DNA of 64,000 bases from Bacteroidota bacterium (GCA_049663345.1 JBATDG010000075.1:11793-75792); one strand, 5' to 3'; positions 47,800-57,664 are shown, counted from the first letter of the stretch. Notes: generated from the sequence alone by a model not told the origin. Numbers and translations are program-made.

Positions 47800-48735
47800 A
47801 TGCAATCTTCCATAGAGAAACCAGCCTCGGCCGGGACCAGCCAGACGACAAAAATCATTCTGGCTTTCGCGGCAGTGTATATAATCTGGGGATCGACTTA
47901 TCTCGGCATCCGCTTCGCCGTCGAAACCATCCCGCCCTTTCTCATGGCGGGCACACGCTTCTTTATTGCGGGAGCAGGACTCTATCTCTGGCTGCGGATG
48001 CGCGGCGTCGCGGGTCCCACCCGGCCTCAATTGAAGTCCGCCGCCATCATCGGCTTTCTTCTCATAGGCGGCGGTAACGGCGCAGTGTCATGGGCCGAAC
48101 AGACGCTTCCGTCCGGACTCACCGCGCTGCTCATCGCGCTTATCCCGCTCTGGTTCGTGGCCATCGAGTGGGTGCAGGACGGGATTCGTCCTTCACTCAA
48201 AGTCGTGCTTGGACTTGCCCTAGGACTCACCGGCATGATCGTGCTCATCGATCCCGCGCGGATCACCGGCAGCGGACATGTCGATCTGATCGGAGCGGCC
48301 GCCGTTGTGGGCGGGACCATCGCCTGGGCCATCGGTTCGATGTATTCACGCGGAGCCGAGCATCCTTCGCGTCCTTTGCTCGGCACGGCCATGCAGATGA
48401 TGATCGGCGGTGCTCTGCTGCTCGTCACATCGGTTGTCACCGGGGAAACCGCCTCCTTCGACTTCCATCAGGTAAGCGCCATCTCACTCGCGTCGCTGGC
48501 CTACCTGATTGTGTTCGGTTCCCTGATCGCATTCACGTCCTACATTTGGCTGCTGCAGGCTGTTGCTCCCGCACGGGTAGCAACCTACGCCTACGTCAAT
48601 CCGGTCATCGCCGTGTTCCTCGGCTGGCTGCTTGCCGATGAACTTATCAACGGTCGGATTTTTATCGCCGCCGGCATTATCGTTGCCGGCGTTGCACTGA
48701 TCACTTCCGTAAGAATACGGCAGGCGGCGAAGTGA
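47800..48735 (+). CDS. EamA/DMT-family transporter
   Basis: Ten TM helices with duplicated EamA domains (IWGSTYLGIRFAV..., LIAFTSYIWLLQAV...). Confidence 0.8.
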   Translation: MQSSIEKPASAGTSQTTKIILAFAAVYIIWGSTYLGIRFAVETIPPFLMAGTRFFIAGAGLYLWLRMRGVAGPTRPQLKSAAIIGFLLIGGGNGAVSWAEQTLPSGLTALLIALIPLWFVAIEWVQDGIRPSLKVVLGLALGLTGMIVLIDPARITGSGHVDLIGAAAVVGGTIAWAIGSMYSRGAEHPSRPLLGTAMQMMIGGALLLVTSVVTGETASFDFHQVSAISLASLAYLIVFGSLIAFTSYIWLLQAVAPARVATYAYVNPVIAVFLGWLLADELINGRIFIAAGIIVAGVALITSVRIRQAAK

Positions 48736-48789
48736 AATGGACCTGATACAGGACCGGTATCTCCGATATTATCACAGGAGAATGGACGA

Positions 48790-49710
48790 ATGAACGATGT
48801 CACAGCATGGCTGCTAAAAGGGGATATCTCAATTCGGTATCAGACGAAGCGCGATCTTCTTGGCGAGGACGACGAACGGCTGCGCCGGCGGATTCTGAAG
48901 GAAGGGTGGGGGAAACAGTATATGGATTGCCGGAATGAGGATGGAAGCTGGGGACAAGGATATTATCGTCCGAAATGGACATCCTCGCATTACACGCTGC
49001 TTGAGCTGAAGAATCTGTGTGCGCCGCAGGACTCACGGCTTCTGCGTGAGAGCGTTGCGAAAATCCTGCGAGAGAACAAAGGTGCCGACGGAGGGATAAA
49101 TCCGTCGATTACCCGTCCACAAAGCGATGTCTGTGTGAACGGCATGCTGCTCAACTTCGGAAGCTATTTCGGAGCGGAAGAAAGCGCGTTGAGAAGCATT
49201 ATTGATTTTCTGATCGACAGCCGCTTGCCGGACGGCGGCTTCAACTGCGAATCCAACCGGAGTGAGGGGGTCCGCCACAGCTCCCTCCACACCACGCTCT
49301 CCGTGCTGGAGGGCTTCCATGAATACCGGATGAACGGCTATGCGTACCGGCTCGGCGAGATCGCAGAAATTGAGCAGCAGGCGATCGAATTCATACTGCT
49401 GCATCAATTGTTCATTTCCGATCGCAGCGGCGAGATCATCGACCGGAAGCTTCTTCGCTTCACATACCCCTTCCGCTGGAAATACACCATCCTCCGTGCG
49501 ATGGATTTCTTCCGCAACATCGATCATCCTTACGATGCGCGCATGGAGAGGGCAGTAGATGCGATCATCCGTAAGCGCGGGGCCGACGGCCGCTGGAAGC
49601 TGCAATCGAAATTCACGGGTGCCGAGTATTTTGCGATGGAGCCAGTCGGTGAACCGAGCCGCTGGATTACGCTTCTGGCATTGCGGGTGCTCGGCTGCGC
49701 AAACAGCTGA
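48790..49710 (+). CDS. hypothetical protein, possibly an alpha/alpha-toroid (prenyltransferase/terpene-cyclase-like) repeat protein
   Basis: Repeated DGGF/DGSW/DGRW-containing segments (NEDGSWGQGYY, LPDGGFNCESN, GADGRWKLQ). Weak assignment. Confidence 0.3.
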   Translation: MNDVTAWLLKGDISIRYQTKRDLLGEDDERLRRRILKEGWGKQYMDCRNEDGSWGQGYYRPKWTSSHYTLLELKNLCAPQDSRLLRESVAKILRENKGADGGINPSITRPQSDVCVNGMLLNFGSYFGAEESALRSIIDFLIDSRLPDGGFNCESNRSEGVRHSSLHTTLSVLEGFHEYRMNGYAYRLGEIAEIEQQAIEFILLHQLFISDRSGEIIDRKLLRFTYPFRWKYTILRAMDFFRNIDHPYDARMERAVDAIIRKRGADGRWKLQSKFTGAEYFAMEPVGEPSRWITLLALRVLGCANS

Positions 49711-49996
49711 GCTTCGGGGTATACGCCTGCTCGTTGAGATCAAGACGACGACGTGAGCGGAGGGCCTGCCAGTAATCGGGTTCTTATCAGGGCTCTCCAA
49801 ATAGGTCCAAACTGAATCCTGGAACGACAAGTACATTGCGCTGCATGGCCGAGTAGGATAGATCTTCACTCGTTACTGTTTTCGTACCGACCGTCTTTGG
49901 GGAGAAAGCGATGCAACTCATAATTGCAATGCAGCAAGGTATTTTTCAAGCTCGTTTCCAGCTTGCGGAAATATATAAAAACTTGTATGTTTCTCC

Positions 49997-50335
49997 ATGA
50001 GATCGCTCATATTTGTTGGATCCAGTCTAGCGGATCTCAGAGCGTTCCCTGAAGCCGTCCGGAGAGAGGCAGGATTCCAGTTGCACGCTGTGCAATGTGG
50101 TGACGAGCCATCCGATTGGAAGACGTTGCCTTCGATTGCCCATGGTGTGACTGAAATTCGCATACACTCAGCAGGCGAGTGGCGAATTATTTACGTGGCA
50201 AAGTTCAATGATACGCTCTATGTGCTTCATTGCTTCAGGAAGAGGACGAGAAAAATTCCTAAGGTCGATGCAGCAATCGTAAGATCGCGTTACAAGGAAA
50301 TTGGAGACCGAAAATGGCAACAAAACAAAACATAA
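49997..50335 (+). CDS. higB: type II toxin-antitoxin system toxin, HigB/Gp49-like (RelE/ParE superfamily)
   Basis: LADLRAFPEAVRREAGFQLHAVQCGDEPSDWKTLPSIAHGVTEIRIHSAGEWRIIYVAKFNDTLYVLHCFRKRTRKIP matches the Gp49/HigB pattern. Followed by an overlapping XRE antitoxin gene. Confidence 0.75.
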   Translation: MRSLIFVGSSLADLRAFPEAVRREAGFQLHAVQCGDEPSDWKTLPSIAHGVTEIRIHSAGEWRIIYVAKFNDTLYVLHCFRKRTRKIPKVDAAIVRSRYKEIGDRKWQQNKT

Positions 50336-50604
50336 CGGCCTCAAGCGGCAACGTGTTTCTTGATCTCGGGTTCGATTCCAGCGAGGCTGCAGTGCTGCAG
50401 ATGCGTGCGCGCTTGATGAGTGACTTACGTCAATACATCGAGACGAACAGTCTGACGCAGACACAGGCCGCTGAGCTTCTGGGCATCACACAGTCAAGAG
50501 TGTCCGACCTGGTGCGGGGCAAATGGCAGAAATTCAATCTGGAGATGTTGATCACGCTTGAGGCGCGAATCGGACGAACAGTGAAGATGGATTTTGCCGC
50601 CTGA
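50314..50604 (+). CDS. higA: HigA-like antitoxin, XRE-family HTH
   Basis: LTQTQAAELLGITQSRVSDLVRG HTH. Overlaps the toxin 3' end by 22 nt, in toxin-first (HigBA) order. Confidence 0.7.
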   Translation: MATKQNITASSGNVFLDLGFDSSEAAVLQMRARLMSDLRQYIETNSLTQTQAAELLGITQSRVSDLVRGKWQKFNLEMLITLEARIGRTVKMDFAA

Positions 50605-50679
50605 AATCTGCAGAGGTCGCGGATGGGCGGAGAGCGCTGACGAGTAACGAAAATGTTTTTCATACAGAGGTTTCCTATC

Positions 50680-51123
50680 ATGAAGACACTCAACTTTTCA
50701 ATAAGCATCGATGCGCCGCGTGCAGCGGTTTGGGAGGCGATGCTTTCGCCGGAGACCTACAAGATCTGGGCAGAGTACTTTGCGAAGGGGTCTTACTACG
50801 AAGGCTCGTGGGAGAAAGGCGCGCGCATACGTTTTCTCATCCCCGACGGCAGCGGGATGATCGCTGAGATCGCAGAGTGCTTGCCGCACTCCTACACTTC
50901 CATCAAGCATCTTGGGTGGATCAGCAACGGCGTCGAAGATACTGAGAGCGAGGAGGTACGCTTCTGGGCGCCTGCCTATGAGAATTATACTCTCTCGGAG
51001 GCAGGGACGTCCACCGAACTTAGTATAGCCGTTGATATTCTCCCGGAATTCGAAGAATATATGATCGCGTCCTGGCCCCGCGCCCTCGCACGTCTGAAAT
51101 CGCTGTGTGAAGAAGGAAAATAG
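50680..51123 (+). CDS. SRPBCC (START/Bet v1/AHSA1-like) domain protein
   Basis: FSISIDAPRAAVWEAMLSPETYKIWA... is typical of polyketide-cyclase/AHSA1-like proteins. Start moved to ATG 50680. Confidence 0.6.
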   Translation: MKTLNFSISIDAPRAAVWEAMLSPETYKIWAEYFAKGSYYEGSWEKGARIRFLIPDGSGMIAEIAECLPHSYTSIKHLGWISNGVEDTESEEVRFWAPAYENYTLSEAGTSTELSIAVDILPEFEEYMIASWPRALARLKSLCEEGK

Positions 51124-51127
51124 TTGG

Positions 51128-53437
51128 TTACCCCCGAAACCCGAACAATCCCCCAGTTTTCTCAAAAGCCCCCTGGCTTTCCTGTTCGCAGGCTCCTACC
51201 AGATCTTCCATTGTAAGCTTGTCGCCGCGGGAGGCAGCGGTGCGGAGGGCGTTTGCGGCGGCGATGGCGATCTGTCCTCCGGTGAACGTAAAGCGCTCGG
51301 AAAGACGCTCAAAATCGACCTCCGGGGTGCGGGGAACGCTCACGGGAATATGCCCTTTCCACAACGCAACGCGGGCTGCCATGTCGGGCGCGGCGAAAGA
51401 GATCTTGTAATCAAAGCGGCGGCTAAAGGCGTCGTCGAGGGATTCCATGAGATTGGTAGTGGCGATCAGGATTCCCGGGAAGCGCTCGAGCTGTTCGAGC
51501 AGGATGTTCTGCAGCCTGTGCTCGGTCTGGTCGGTAGAACGTCCGCCGCCGCCGCTGGACTCCCGTCTCCCCATTAGCTGGTCGCATTCGTTGAGCAGAA
51601 GCACAGGCGGCTTTTCACTGACGCGCATGAGCCGCGCATAGGAAGAGAACATCCGCTGAAGCTGGCTTTCGCTGCCGCCGTACCATTTCGAAAGGATTTT
51701 CGTGGCATCGGTTATAAGCAGATCGCGTCCGAGAGAGGCGGCGAAGGCCTCGGCGGTGTAAGTCTTACCGGTTCCTGGAGGACCGTGGAACAGCAGCAGC
51801 ACCGAGCCGCTGGGACGCGTTGCCGTGACGTGCTCAATTCCCCAGGCACGCAGGCGTTCGAGCTGTTCGCCGTGAACTGATCCCATTGCGACGTCGAGAC
51901 TCTTCCGCAGCTCAACGGGGAGCACGGCGCTGTCGAGGTTGTGTCCCGGTTGCCGGCGTTCGAATAGCTGCGATCCGTCGAAATCCGCGGCCTCCTTACT
52001 CTCAAGGGAATTTTCTTCCAGAATACGTTGAAGAATGGAGTCGGGGATTGTATAGTCGCTGCTGCCCATGAAGCCCTCCTCGACGTCGATGAGTCCATGT
52101 TTGCGCAGCGGCGAACCATCGCGGAAATAGCGCTGGCAGCGGAAGCCCTTAAAGTAGTCAGTTCCCCCAAGCGCCTCGGTAGCGTTCTGTATACCAACTC
52201 CGCCGCCTTTGAGGCCGGCGTAGAGGGCGAGTCCGAGTATGATGCGCTCGTTGACGTCGAGTTCCATGTCCCGCGCGATCTGCTCGAAGGGATAGACGGT
52301 TCCGCTTTCGCCTATGCGCCGCAGCAGCGACTGCACTTCCGGCAGCTTTTCGGCCGCTTCGCCTTTTCTCGGTCTTCGGCGTCTCCTCCGGAATTGGGGC
52401 GGAAGGTGGGAATTCTCCTCATCGTTCATCAGGAACTTTGCTACGTCGCACCAGGCAGAAAGAAACGCTTCATTGTTTTCGAATGCGCTTTCCGCCGGCT
52501 CCGCTTCGCTGTGCCGGAAATTCCGCGGAGAATCGCCTCCATTGACAAGCCAACTGCTGAGGGATTCGTCAATCACGACATCCTGCCGCATGAGAGGACC
52601 CACTCCATCAAGTTCAATAATTCCGTTTGCGATAAGAGTGCCGTCGCCCTCGAAATAGCCGCGATAGGTATAGCGGTCGAAGAGATCTCCGCTGCCGGCG
52701 ATTTCAATCAGGTCATGCACCTCAGGCAAATCCCCTTCAAGTTCGCCGCGCAATACAAGCAGCAGCATCGTCCAGTCGCTGCGGTCGAGATTGAGTTCCT
52801 GCGCGAGAGCCTCGAGCGGAGGCAGCGGATCAGTGAGAGAGCCCTTTCGACGCAGATAGGCATACTTGCTCTCGGCTGTGTTTCCTTCATCTGTTTTCTC
52901 CGTCGAGGCGCCCAGCTTTTTGCGGGAACGCCCACCTTTCTGAAGATCGCGGTTCTCAAGGAGGAGATCCAAGTAGGAGAAGCAGTCCTGCAGGTACGAT
53001 TTATTGGAAGCATAGCCCATTTGTTCGAGCGCTGGATCGAAGTCGGGGTCCTGCAGCCGCAGAGCGATCCGCAGCTGCCGCTTCTCGCTGCCCCGCAGCG
53101 CGGCGAGCGTATGGACGTCGGAAGGACCTTCATTTCCGCTGCCGTCGAGCACGGCGATATACTCCCTTTCAGCCAATGAAGCAAGCACAACATCCCAACG
53201 CAGGCGGAGGTGATAATCCTTCGCGGCGGCCTGCAGATGGCCGATATCGGTCAGCAGGTTGCCTCGCTGTGTTTCGCGGGAAAGCACGGCCAGCGCCGCC
53301 AGCTCCTCTTCCGAACAGGGGTGCGGCAGCAGTTCCGCACAGTTTCCCATTCCGCCGCGGATCTGCTTCCTGTCGTTGTCTGACAGGGCCTCAGCCAGCG
53401 AATCCAGCGCTTCGAGAATTTCTATTTCTGAACACAT
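51128..53437 (-). CDS. AAA+ ATPase (classic AAA clade) with ~500-aa uncharacterised N-terminal region
   Basis: C-terminal AAA module: Walker A GPPGTGKT, Walker B VLLLNECDQL, second region of homology ATTNLMESLDDAFSRRFD. The N-terminal 500 aa have no motif I recognise. 769 aa. Confidence 0.75.
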   Translation of the reverse strand: MCSEIEILEALDSLAEALSDNDRKQIRGGMGNCAELLPHPCSEEELAALAVLSRETQRGNLLTDIGHLQAAAKDYHLRLRWDVVLASLAEREYIAVLDGSGNEGPSDVHTLAALRGSEKRQLRIALRLQDPDFDPALEQMGYASNKSYLQDCFSYLDLLLENRDLQKGGRSRKKLGASTEKTDEGNTAESKYAYLRRKGSLTDPLPPLEALAQELNLDRSDWTMLLLVLRGELEGDLPEVHDLIEIAGSGDLFDRYTYRGYFEGDGTLIANGIIELDGVGPLMRQDVVIDESLSSWLVNGGDSPRNFRHSEAEPAESAFENNEAFLSAWCDVAKFLMNDEENSHLPPQFRRRRRRPRKGEAAEKLPEVQSLLRRIGESGTVYPFEQIARDMELDVNERIILGLALYAGLKGGGVGIQNATEALGGTDYFKGFRCQRYFRDGSPLRKHGLIDVEEGFMGSSDYTIPDSILQRILEENSLESKEAADFDGSQLFERRQPGHNLDSAVLPVELRKSLDVAMGSVHGEQLERLRAWGIEHVTATRPSGSVLLLFHGPPGTGKTYTAEAFAASLGRDLLITDATKILSKWYGGSESQLQRMFSSYARLMRVSEKPPVLLLNECDQLMGRRESSGGGGRSTDQTEHRLQNILLEQLERFPGILIATTNLMESLDDAFSRRFDYKISFAAPDMAARVALWKGHIPVSVPRTPEVDFERLSERFTFTGGQIAIAAANALRTAASRGDKLTMEDLVGACEQESQGAFEKTGGLFGFRG

Positions 53438-53485
53438 AACGCCTCACTTGTGATTACAGTCTGTAATACAAGTTAAGGTCCAGAA

Positions 53486-53504
53486 TGTCAGATGGTGACA
53501 AACA
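53486..53504. promoter_or_regulatory. palindrome TGTCA-N5-TGACA (+TTCT on the minus strand), ~45 nt upstream of the AAA+ ATPase start
   Basis: Plus strand tgtcagatggtgaca at 53486-53500. Minus-strand reading is TGTCAccatcTGACAttct. A near-identical site lies in the WYL regulator's own upstream region (56800-56818). Confidence 0.45.
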
Positions 53505-53523
53505 GATGAACTACATCCGTACA
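53490..53523. repeat. 34-bp direct repeat, copy B (agatggtgacaaacagatgaactacatccgtaca)
   Basis: 29/34 identical to 55759-55792. The two copies flank the low-GC hybrid histidine kinase gene. Confidence 0.7.
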
Positions 53524-53618
53524 GGCGGTACATTTTTTTTGGTGCTGCGAAAAAAAAGCTGCAGACGGATGCTCTCGCGCTATTTGTCTGCAGCAATTGG
53601 ATAAGGGGAAGAACTTGT

Positions 53619-55469
53619 TCAACGGATCTGCAACTGCTCCCTGAAGTACTTATCGACTAAGGATAGCAGATCATTCTTTTTAATGGGCTTGGAGATATAG
53701 TCGTTGCAGCCTGATTCAAGCGCTTTTTCTCTGTCACCGGTTAATCCGTAAGCTGTTTGTGCAATTATGACAACATCAGGATTAAACTTCCGGATTTGCC
53801 GCGTCGCTTCATATCCGTTCATCTCGGGCATTTGAATGTCCATCAATATCAGGTCGAGATCGGGGTTGTTGCGGCAGGCTTCAACTGTTCCAACTCCTGT
53901 CCTGGCCTTCAAGATATTTTTGCTGAACCTGCTTACCATTATTGATAAATATTTTTCCGATGTTTCATCGTCCTCGGCAATGAGTACTTTCAACCCTAAA
54001 TCTGCAGCTGGGGCGATACTATCTTCAACAGAGCCCGAAGCCGTAATTTCGATACCGGCCCTCTCTTCCTTCTTGACATGATAAGGCAAGGTGAAATAAA
54101 ACGTTGAACCCACGCCGGGTTCGCTTTCCACCCAGATCCTGCCGCCAAGCATTTCTATGTATGATCTGGTAATCGCCAATCCCAGGCCCGCACCTTGTCT
54201 TGCCATTTTATCTTCGATATCGGCCTGAACGAAGCGCTCAAAAATGGCCTCCTGTCTGTCCTTTGGAATTCCAATCCCAGTGTCTTTCACGAAGAACTGC
54301 AGCGACGGAACAGCTTCCGCGGCTGCAAAGCCATATCCGAATTCTATGGAACCTTCGTCGGTATATTTAACTGCATTCTTGATGAGATTGGTAAGAATGG
54401 CAAATAATTTTTCCCTGTCGGTAATAATAGCTGCTTCCTTCGCAGACAATTTGCTGCCAAGGGAAAGTTGTAATCCTTTGGCTTCCGCCTCGGGTTTGAA
54501 AAAGGTGCAAATGTAATCAAGCTGCTCATTTACATTCGATTCGTCCAGATCCAATTTCATCAGGCCGGATTCTATTGTTGAGATGCTGATTATATCGTTG
54601 ATGATATTGAGCATTCGTACGCTGGCATTTTCTATAATACCGATATACTCCTGCTGCTGCTCGCCGGTAAGATCAGCCGCTTTCAGCAATCCTGCAAAGC
54701 CGACGACGCCATTCATGGGAGTTCTGATTTCGTGGCTCATGTTCGCCAAAAAGGCTGACTTAAGGCGGTCGCTTTCTTCGGCCCTTTCCTTGGCCATTTG
54801 CAGCTCGTTGGTCCGCGCTTCTACTGTCTTTTCGAGGTCATTATTAATCGCTTCAACACGTGATTTTTCTCTGTCAAGTTCGTAATTCAGGAAAAAGTTG
54901 TGACGCGCGTAATATTCAATATTGTAGGAAGCGAGCATCCCGATGATATTCGCACTGATAAAGAAGAAGTTGGTGTTAATGAGCACAATATGCGAGGCAT
55001 GTGAGTAGAATATCGCGCCAAGATTAAAAATCAACAGTGTAGTCCATCCCGCAATCGATGCAAGGAAAAACCGGAGTTTAATAAAGAAGTATCCTGCCGC
55101 GAAGATCAGCATCATGCCGGCATAGTAAGCATAATTTTCGGGCACAAACATAGTCATTACAATAACGCCCGATCCGGCTACAATAAAACTTATGAACAAT
55201 AGCCCTTGCCAAATCTTTTGAAATACTCTGGTAAAAGACAGAAGAAATACTATGGTTAGTGTTGGAATGACGAAGACAAATCGGATTATGTGGAAATGGA
55301 CGGCATAATCCGGGAACATTATTGAATCCAGATACCCAAATATTCCGTAAAGCAATACAACTAATACAAAGGAGACTCTGAATTGATTGACAGAGTCAAG
55401 GTAGTATTGTTTCTGGAAGGCCTCTTCCTCCTTTCCGGGAAAGGCCAGGGTCATTTTATTATATTGCAT
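53619..55469 (-). CDS. hybrid sensor histidine kinase / response regulator with N-terminal polytopic membrane sensor
   Basis: About 6 TM helices, coiled coil, HisKA ([16 protein letters not shown]), HATPase_c (G-boxes [14 protein letters not shown]), C-terminal REC (LIAEDDE...LMDIQMP...KP). GC is ~42%, against ~60% for neighbouring genes. Confidence 0.85.
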   Translation of the reverse strand: MQYNKMTLAFPGKEEEAFQKQYYLDSVNQFRVSFVLVVLLYGIFGYLDSIMFPDYAVHFHIIRFVFVIPTLTIVFLLSFTRVFQKIWQGLLFISFIVAGSGVIVMTMFVPENYAYYAGMMLIFAAGYFFIKLRFFLASIAGWTTLLIFNLGAIFYSHASHIVLINTNFFFISANIIGMLASYNIEYYARHNFFLNYELDREKSRVEAINNDLEKTVEARTNELQMAKERAEESDRLKSAFLANMSHEIRTPMNGVVGFAGLLKAADLTGEQQQEYIGIIENASVRMLNIINDIISISTIESGLMKLDLDESNVNEQLDYICTFFKPEAEAKGLQLSLGSKLSAKEAAIITDREKLFAILTNLIKNAVKYTDEGSIEFGYGFAAAEAVPSLQFFVKDTGIGIPKDRQEAIFERFVQADIEDKMARQGAGLGLAITRSYIEMLGGRIWVESEPGVGSTFYFTLPYHVKKEERAGIEITASGSVEDSIAPAADLGLKVLIAEDDETSEKYLSIMVSRFSKNILKARTGVGTVEACRNNPDLDLILMDIQMPEMNGYEATRQIRKFNPDVVIIAQTAYGLTGDREKALESGCNDYISKPIKKNDLLSLVDKYFREQLQIR

Positions 55470-55758
55470 CGTTTTTGGGCAATCGTGTTTCGTTAAGGTA
55501 CTAAGAGCGAAGCTCGCATCCCCGCAAGCTGCAGGCAGAGATGAAACTCTGTGTGTAGTGATGCTGGATAATCCACCGACGCCCCTGTTCGAATAGCTCC
55601 GCCATATCAGTACCAGTAAGAACTAGAAAATGATTTTATTGTAGGAATAGCGGGAAAAATATTGAAATCGATCATCATTAGCAAGAACGCGGTTCTGTTC
55701 ATGACGCATGATTGCTGTTCGGGCGGTAGAAATCACTATACGTGAGGTGCCCGATATA

Positions 55759-55792
55759 AGATGTTGACAACCAGATGAACTGTATCAGTACA
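55759..55792. repeat. 34-bp direct repeat, copy A (agatgttgacaaccagatgaactgtatcagtaca)
   Basis: 29/34 identical to 53490-53523. Overlaps the stop codon of the WYL regulator gene. Confidence 0.7.
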
Positions 55793-56747
55793 GACTGCTC
55801 ATTCTATTTATGGCGCTGCGCATCGAGTCGCGGAGGGAGACGGGTTCGAGCACCTCGGCATATTCGCCCCAGCGGAGAATCCAGGCGATGAGCTCATTCG
55901 ACGGACCCAGACGCATGCGGAGTATGAGGTCGCCGTTTTCGTCGTCGGACATTTTCTGGCTCGGGTGCCACTGGCGGGACTCGATCGACCCGCGCACAGT
56001 TTTCGCGAAGCGGATCACCACATCCTCGGGAGTCTCATACCAGATGCCGAAACTGTCCTTCAGAACTTCGCTGAGCGAATATGCGGGATCGCGTTCGAAA
56101 GTGTCGTCTGTCAGCTCCACCGTTCGGAAGCGCGGGAGGGCGAAATAGATCGAATTGTTATAGGGAGGAACTCGTCCGATAATATAGAGAGCGCCGTTGT
56201 GCAGGAGGAGGGAATAGGGATGCAGCTTGTATTGCTTGCTGCGGTAGCGCACCTTCGCCACGCGGCGGTGCACGATGGCCTCGAAAAGGTCGCGCAGCAT
56301 ATCCGATCGCTCGCTGAGATCCGCCAGGCCGGGCTGGTGGACGTGAAGGAGCCCGCCCGAAAAGGCGTCCGGCACAGCTATGGCATCGTCGGGCAGCAGC
56401 TGAGTGAGTTTGTCGAACACACTGAGCATATCAGTCTCCAAGCGGGTGCCGGCAAACACTTCGCGGAACTGAAGCAGCAGCACGGCGGCCAGCACCTCCT
56501 CAGGCGTCAGCAGCTGGGGAATGAACTGGAAGCTGCGATCGAGGGAGTAATATTTTTCATTGTGTGGGCCCGTCCGCAATCGCAGCGGAATCGACGCGCC
56601 TTCTATATGCCTGATCGTGCGCTGAATCGTCTGCTTCGATTCCTCCTCTCCGAAATAATCATGAAGTTCCTTCACCGTCACGTCGTCGTGCGTACTGAGT
56701 CTCTGCAGAATACGGAGCGCACGGATGAGCATCGTCATTTCGGCCAT
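55785..56747 (-). CDS. WYL-domain transcriptional regulator (wHTH - WYL - WCX architecture)
   Basis: N-terminal winged HTH (LIRALRILQRLSTHDDVTVKELHDYFGEEESKQTIQRTIRHIE). Central domain with ...AKVRYRSKQYKLHPYSLLLHNGALYIIG... resembling the WYL core. C-terminal extension. 320 aa. Confidence 0.55.
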   Translation of the reverse strand: MAEMTMLIRALRILQRLSTHDDVTVKELHDYFGEEESKQTIQRTIRHIEGASIPLRLRTGPHNEKYYSLDRSFQFIPQLLTPEEVLAAVLLLQFREVFAGTRLETDMLSVFDKLTQLLPDDAIAVPDAFSGGLLHVHQPGLADLSERSDMLRDLFEAIVHRRVAKVRYRSKQYKLHPYSLLLHNGALYIIGRVPPYNNSIYFALPRFRTVELTDDTFERDPAYSLSEVLKDSFGIWYETPEDVVIRFAKTVRGSIESRQWHPSQKMSDDENGDLILRMRLGPSNELIAWILRWGEYAEVLEPVSLRDSMRSAINRMSSLY

Positions 56748-56799
56748 GGGGTCCTCACGGTTGCGGTTTAAAACCAGCTCGGAAGGTACGGGTGCAGTC

Positions 56800-56818
56800 T
56801 GTCATCCACTGACATTCT
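56800..56818. promoter_or_regulatory. palindrome TGTCA-N5-TGACA-TTCT, ~50 nt upstream of the WYL regulator start (candidate autoregulatory operator)
   Basis: tgtcatccactgacattct in the divergent intergenic region between the WYL gene and the TMEM175-like gene. Matches 53486-53504 in both half-sites and the TTCT flank. Confidence 0.45.
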
Positions 56819-57057
56819 AACCTAGGATATTTATAACAGAAAACGAACTCCCCTGCCGGTTTCTTTCCCCTCAAGACAATACCCGAGCGATTCACGCACT
56901 GCCTGACCGGGCGCCAGCTTCATCTCGATCGCAGCATCACTGCCTGGATGCGTGCGATGGTGAATGAATAGCGGCTCGTTTAGATTGCGTTGCACAAAAC
57001 CCCATTCGGTGATAGATTATCCCGATCTCATCTCCCGGAAATTGTCAGGAATTGCGA

Positions 57058-57627
57058 ATGAGCAAAAATAGACTCGAGGCCTTCAGCGACGGAGTGCTCG
57101 CGATCATCATCACGATCATGGTACTGGAATTGAAGGTACCGGAGGGAGACACGCTGACGGTTTTGAAACCGATGATGCCGCTGGTGCTCAGCTACATCGT
57201 CAGCTTCATTTATATCGGCATCTACTGGAACAACCATCACCACATGCTGCATACCGTCCATCATGTCAACGGCGGCGTGTTGTGGGCGAATCTCCATCTG
57301 ATGTTCTGGCTTTCGCTCGTCCCGATCACCACGGCGTGGATAGGTGAGAATCACATGGACCCGACGCCGGTTGCGATGTACGGCATCGTACTGCTTATGG
57401 CGGCCATCGCGTACTTCATTCTGCAGCAGGTGATTATACGATCGCAGGGAGCGGACTCCGTTCTCAAGAAAGCCATTGGGACTGATTTGAAAGGCAAGGC
57501 TTCGCCGATTCTCTACGCAGCTGCAATCGTGGCGGTGTATTTTTCGGTGTGGATTGCCATCGCACTTTATGTGGTCGTCGCGCTGATGTGGCTGATTCCC
57601 GACCGCCGCATCGAACGGAATCTGTAG
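57058..57627 (+). CDS. TMEM175-family (DUF1211) potassium channel-like membrane protein
   Basis: RLEAFSDGVLAIIITIMVLEL is the hallmark first-helix motif of the TMEM175/DUF1211 family. Six TM helices. ATG 57058 preferred over TTG 57052. Confidence 0.75.
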   Translation: MSKNRLEAFSDGVLAIIITIMVLELKVPEGDTLTVLKPMMPLVLSYIVSFIYIGIYWNNHHHMLHTVHHVNGGVLWANLHLMFWLSLVPITTAWIGENHMDPTPVAMYGIVLLMAAIAYFILQQVIIRSQGADSVLKKAIGTDLKGKASPILYAAAIVAVYFSVWIAIALYVVVALMWLIPDRRIERNL

Positions 57628-57664
57628 ACTTCCAAAATGTACCCCATTTTTCAGGACAACCCTC

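Noticed and set aside
49711-49996. Looked for a tRNA/tmRNA or integrase-associated att site bounding the lower-GC 50-57 kb segment
   Set aside because: No cloverleaf-compatible sequence (conserved GTTC-R-A T-loop with matching acceptor stems) was evident by eye in this or other intergenic regions. I cannot run tRNAscan, so absence is not proven. No integrase gene is present.
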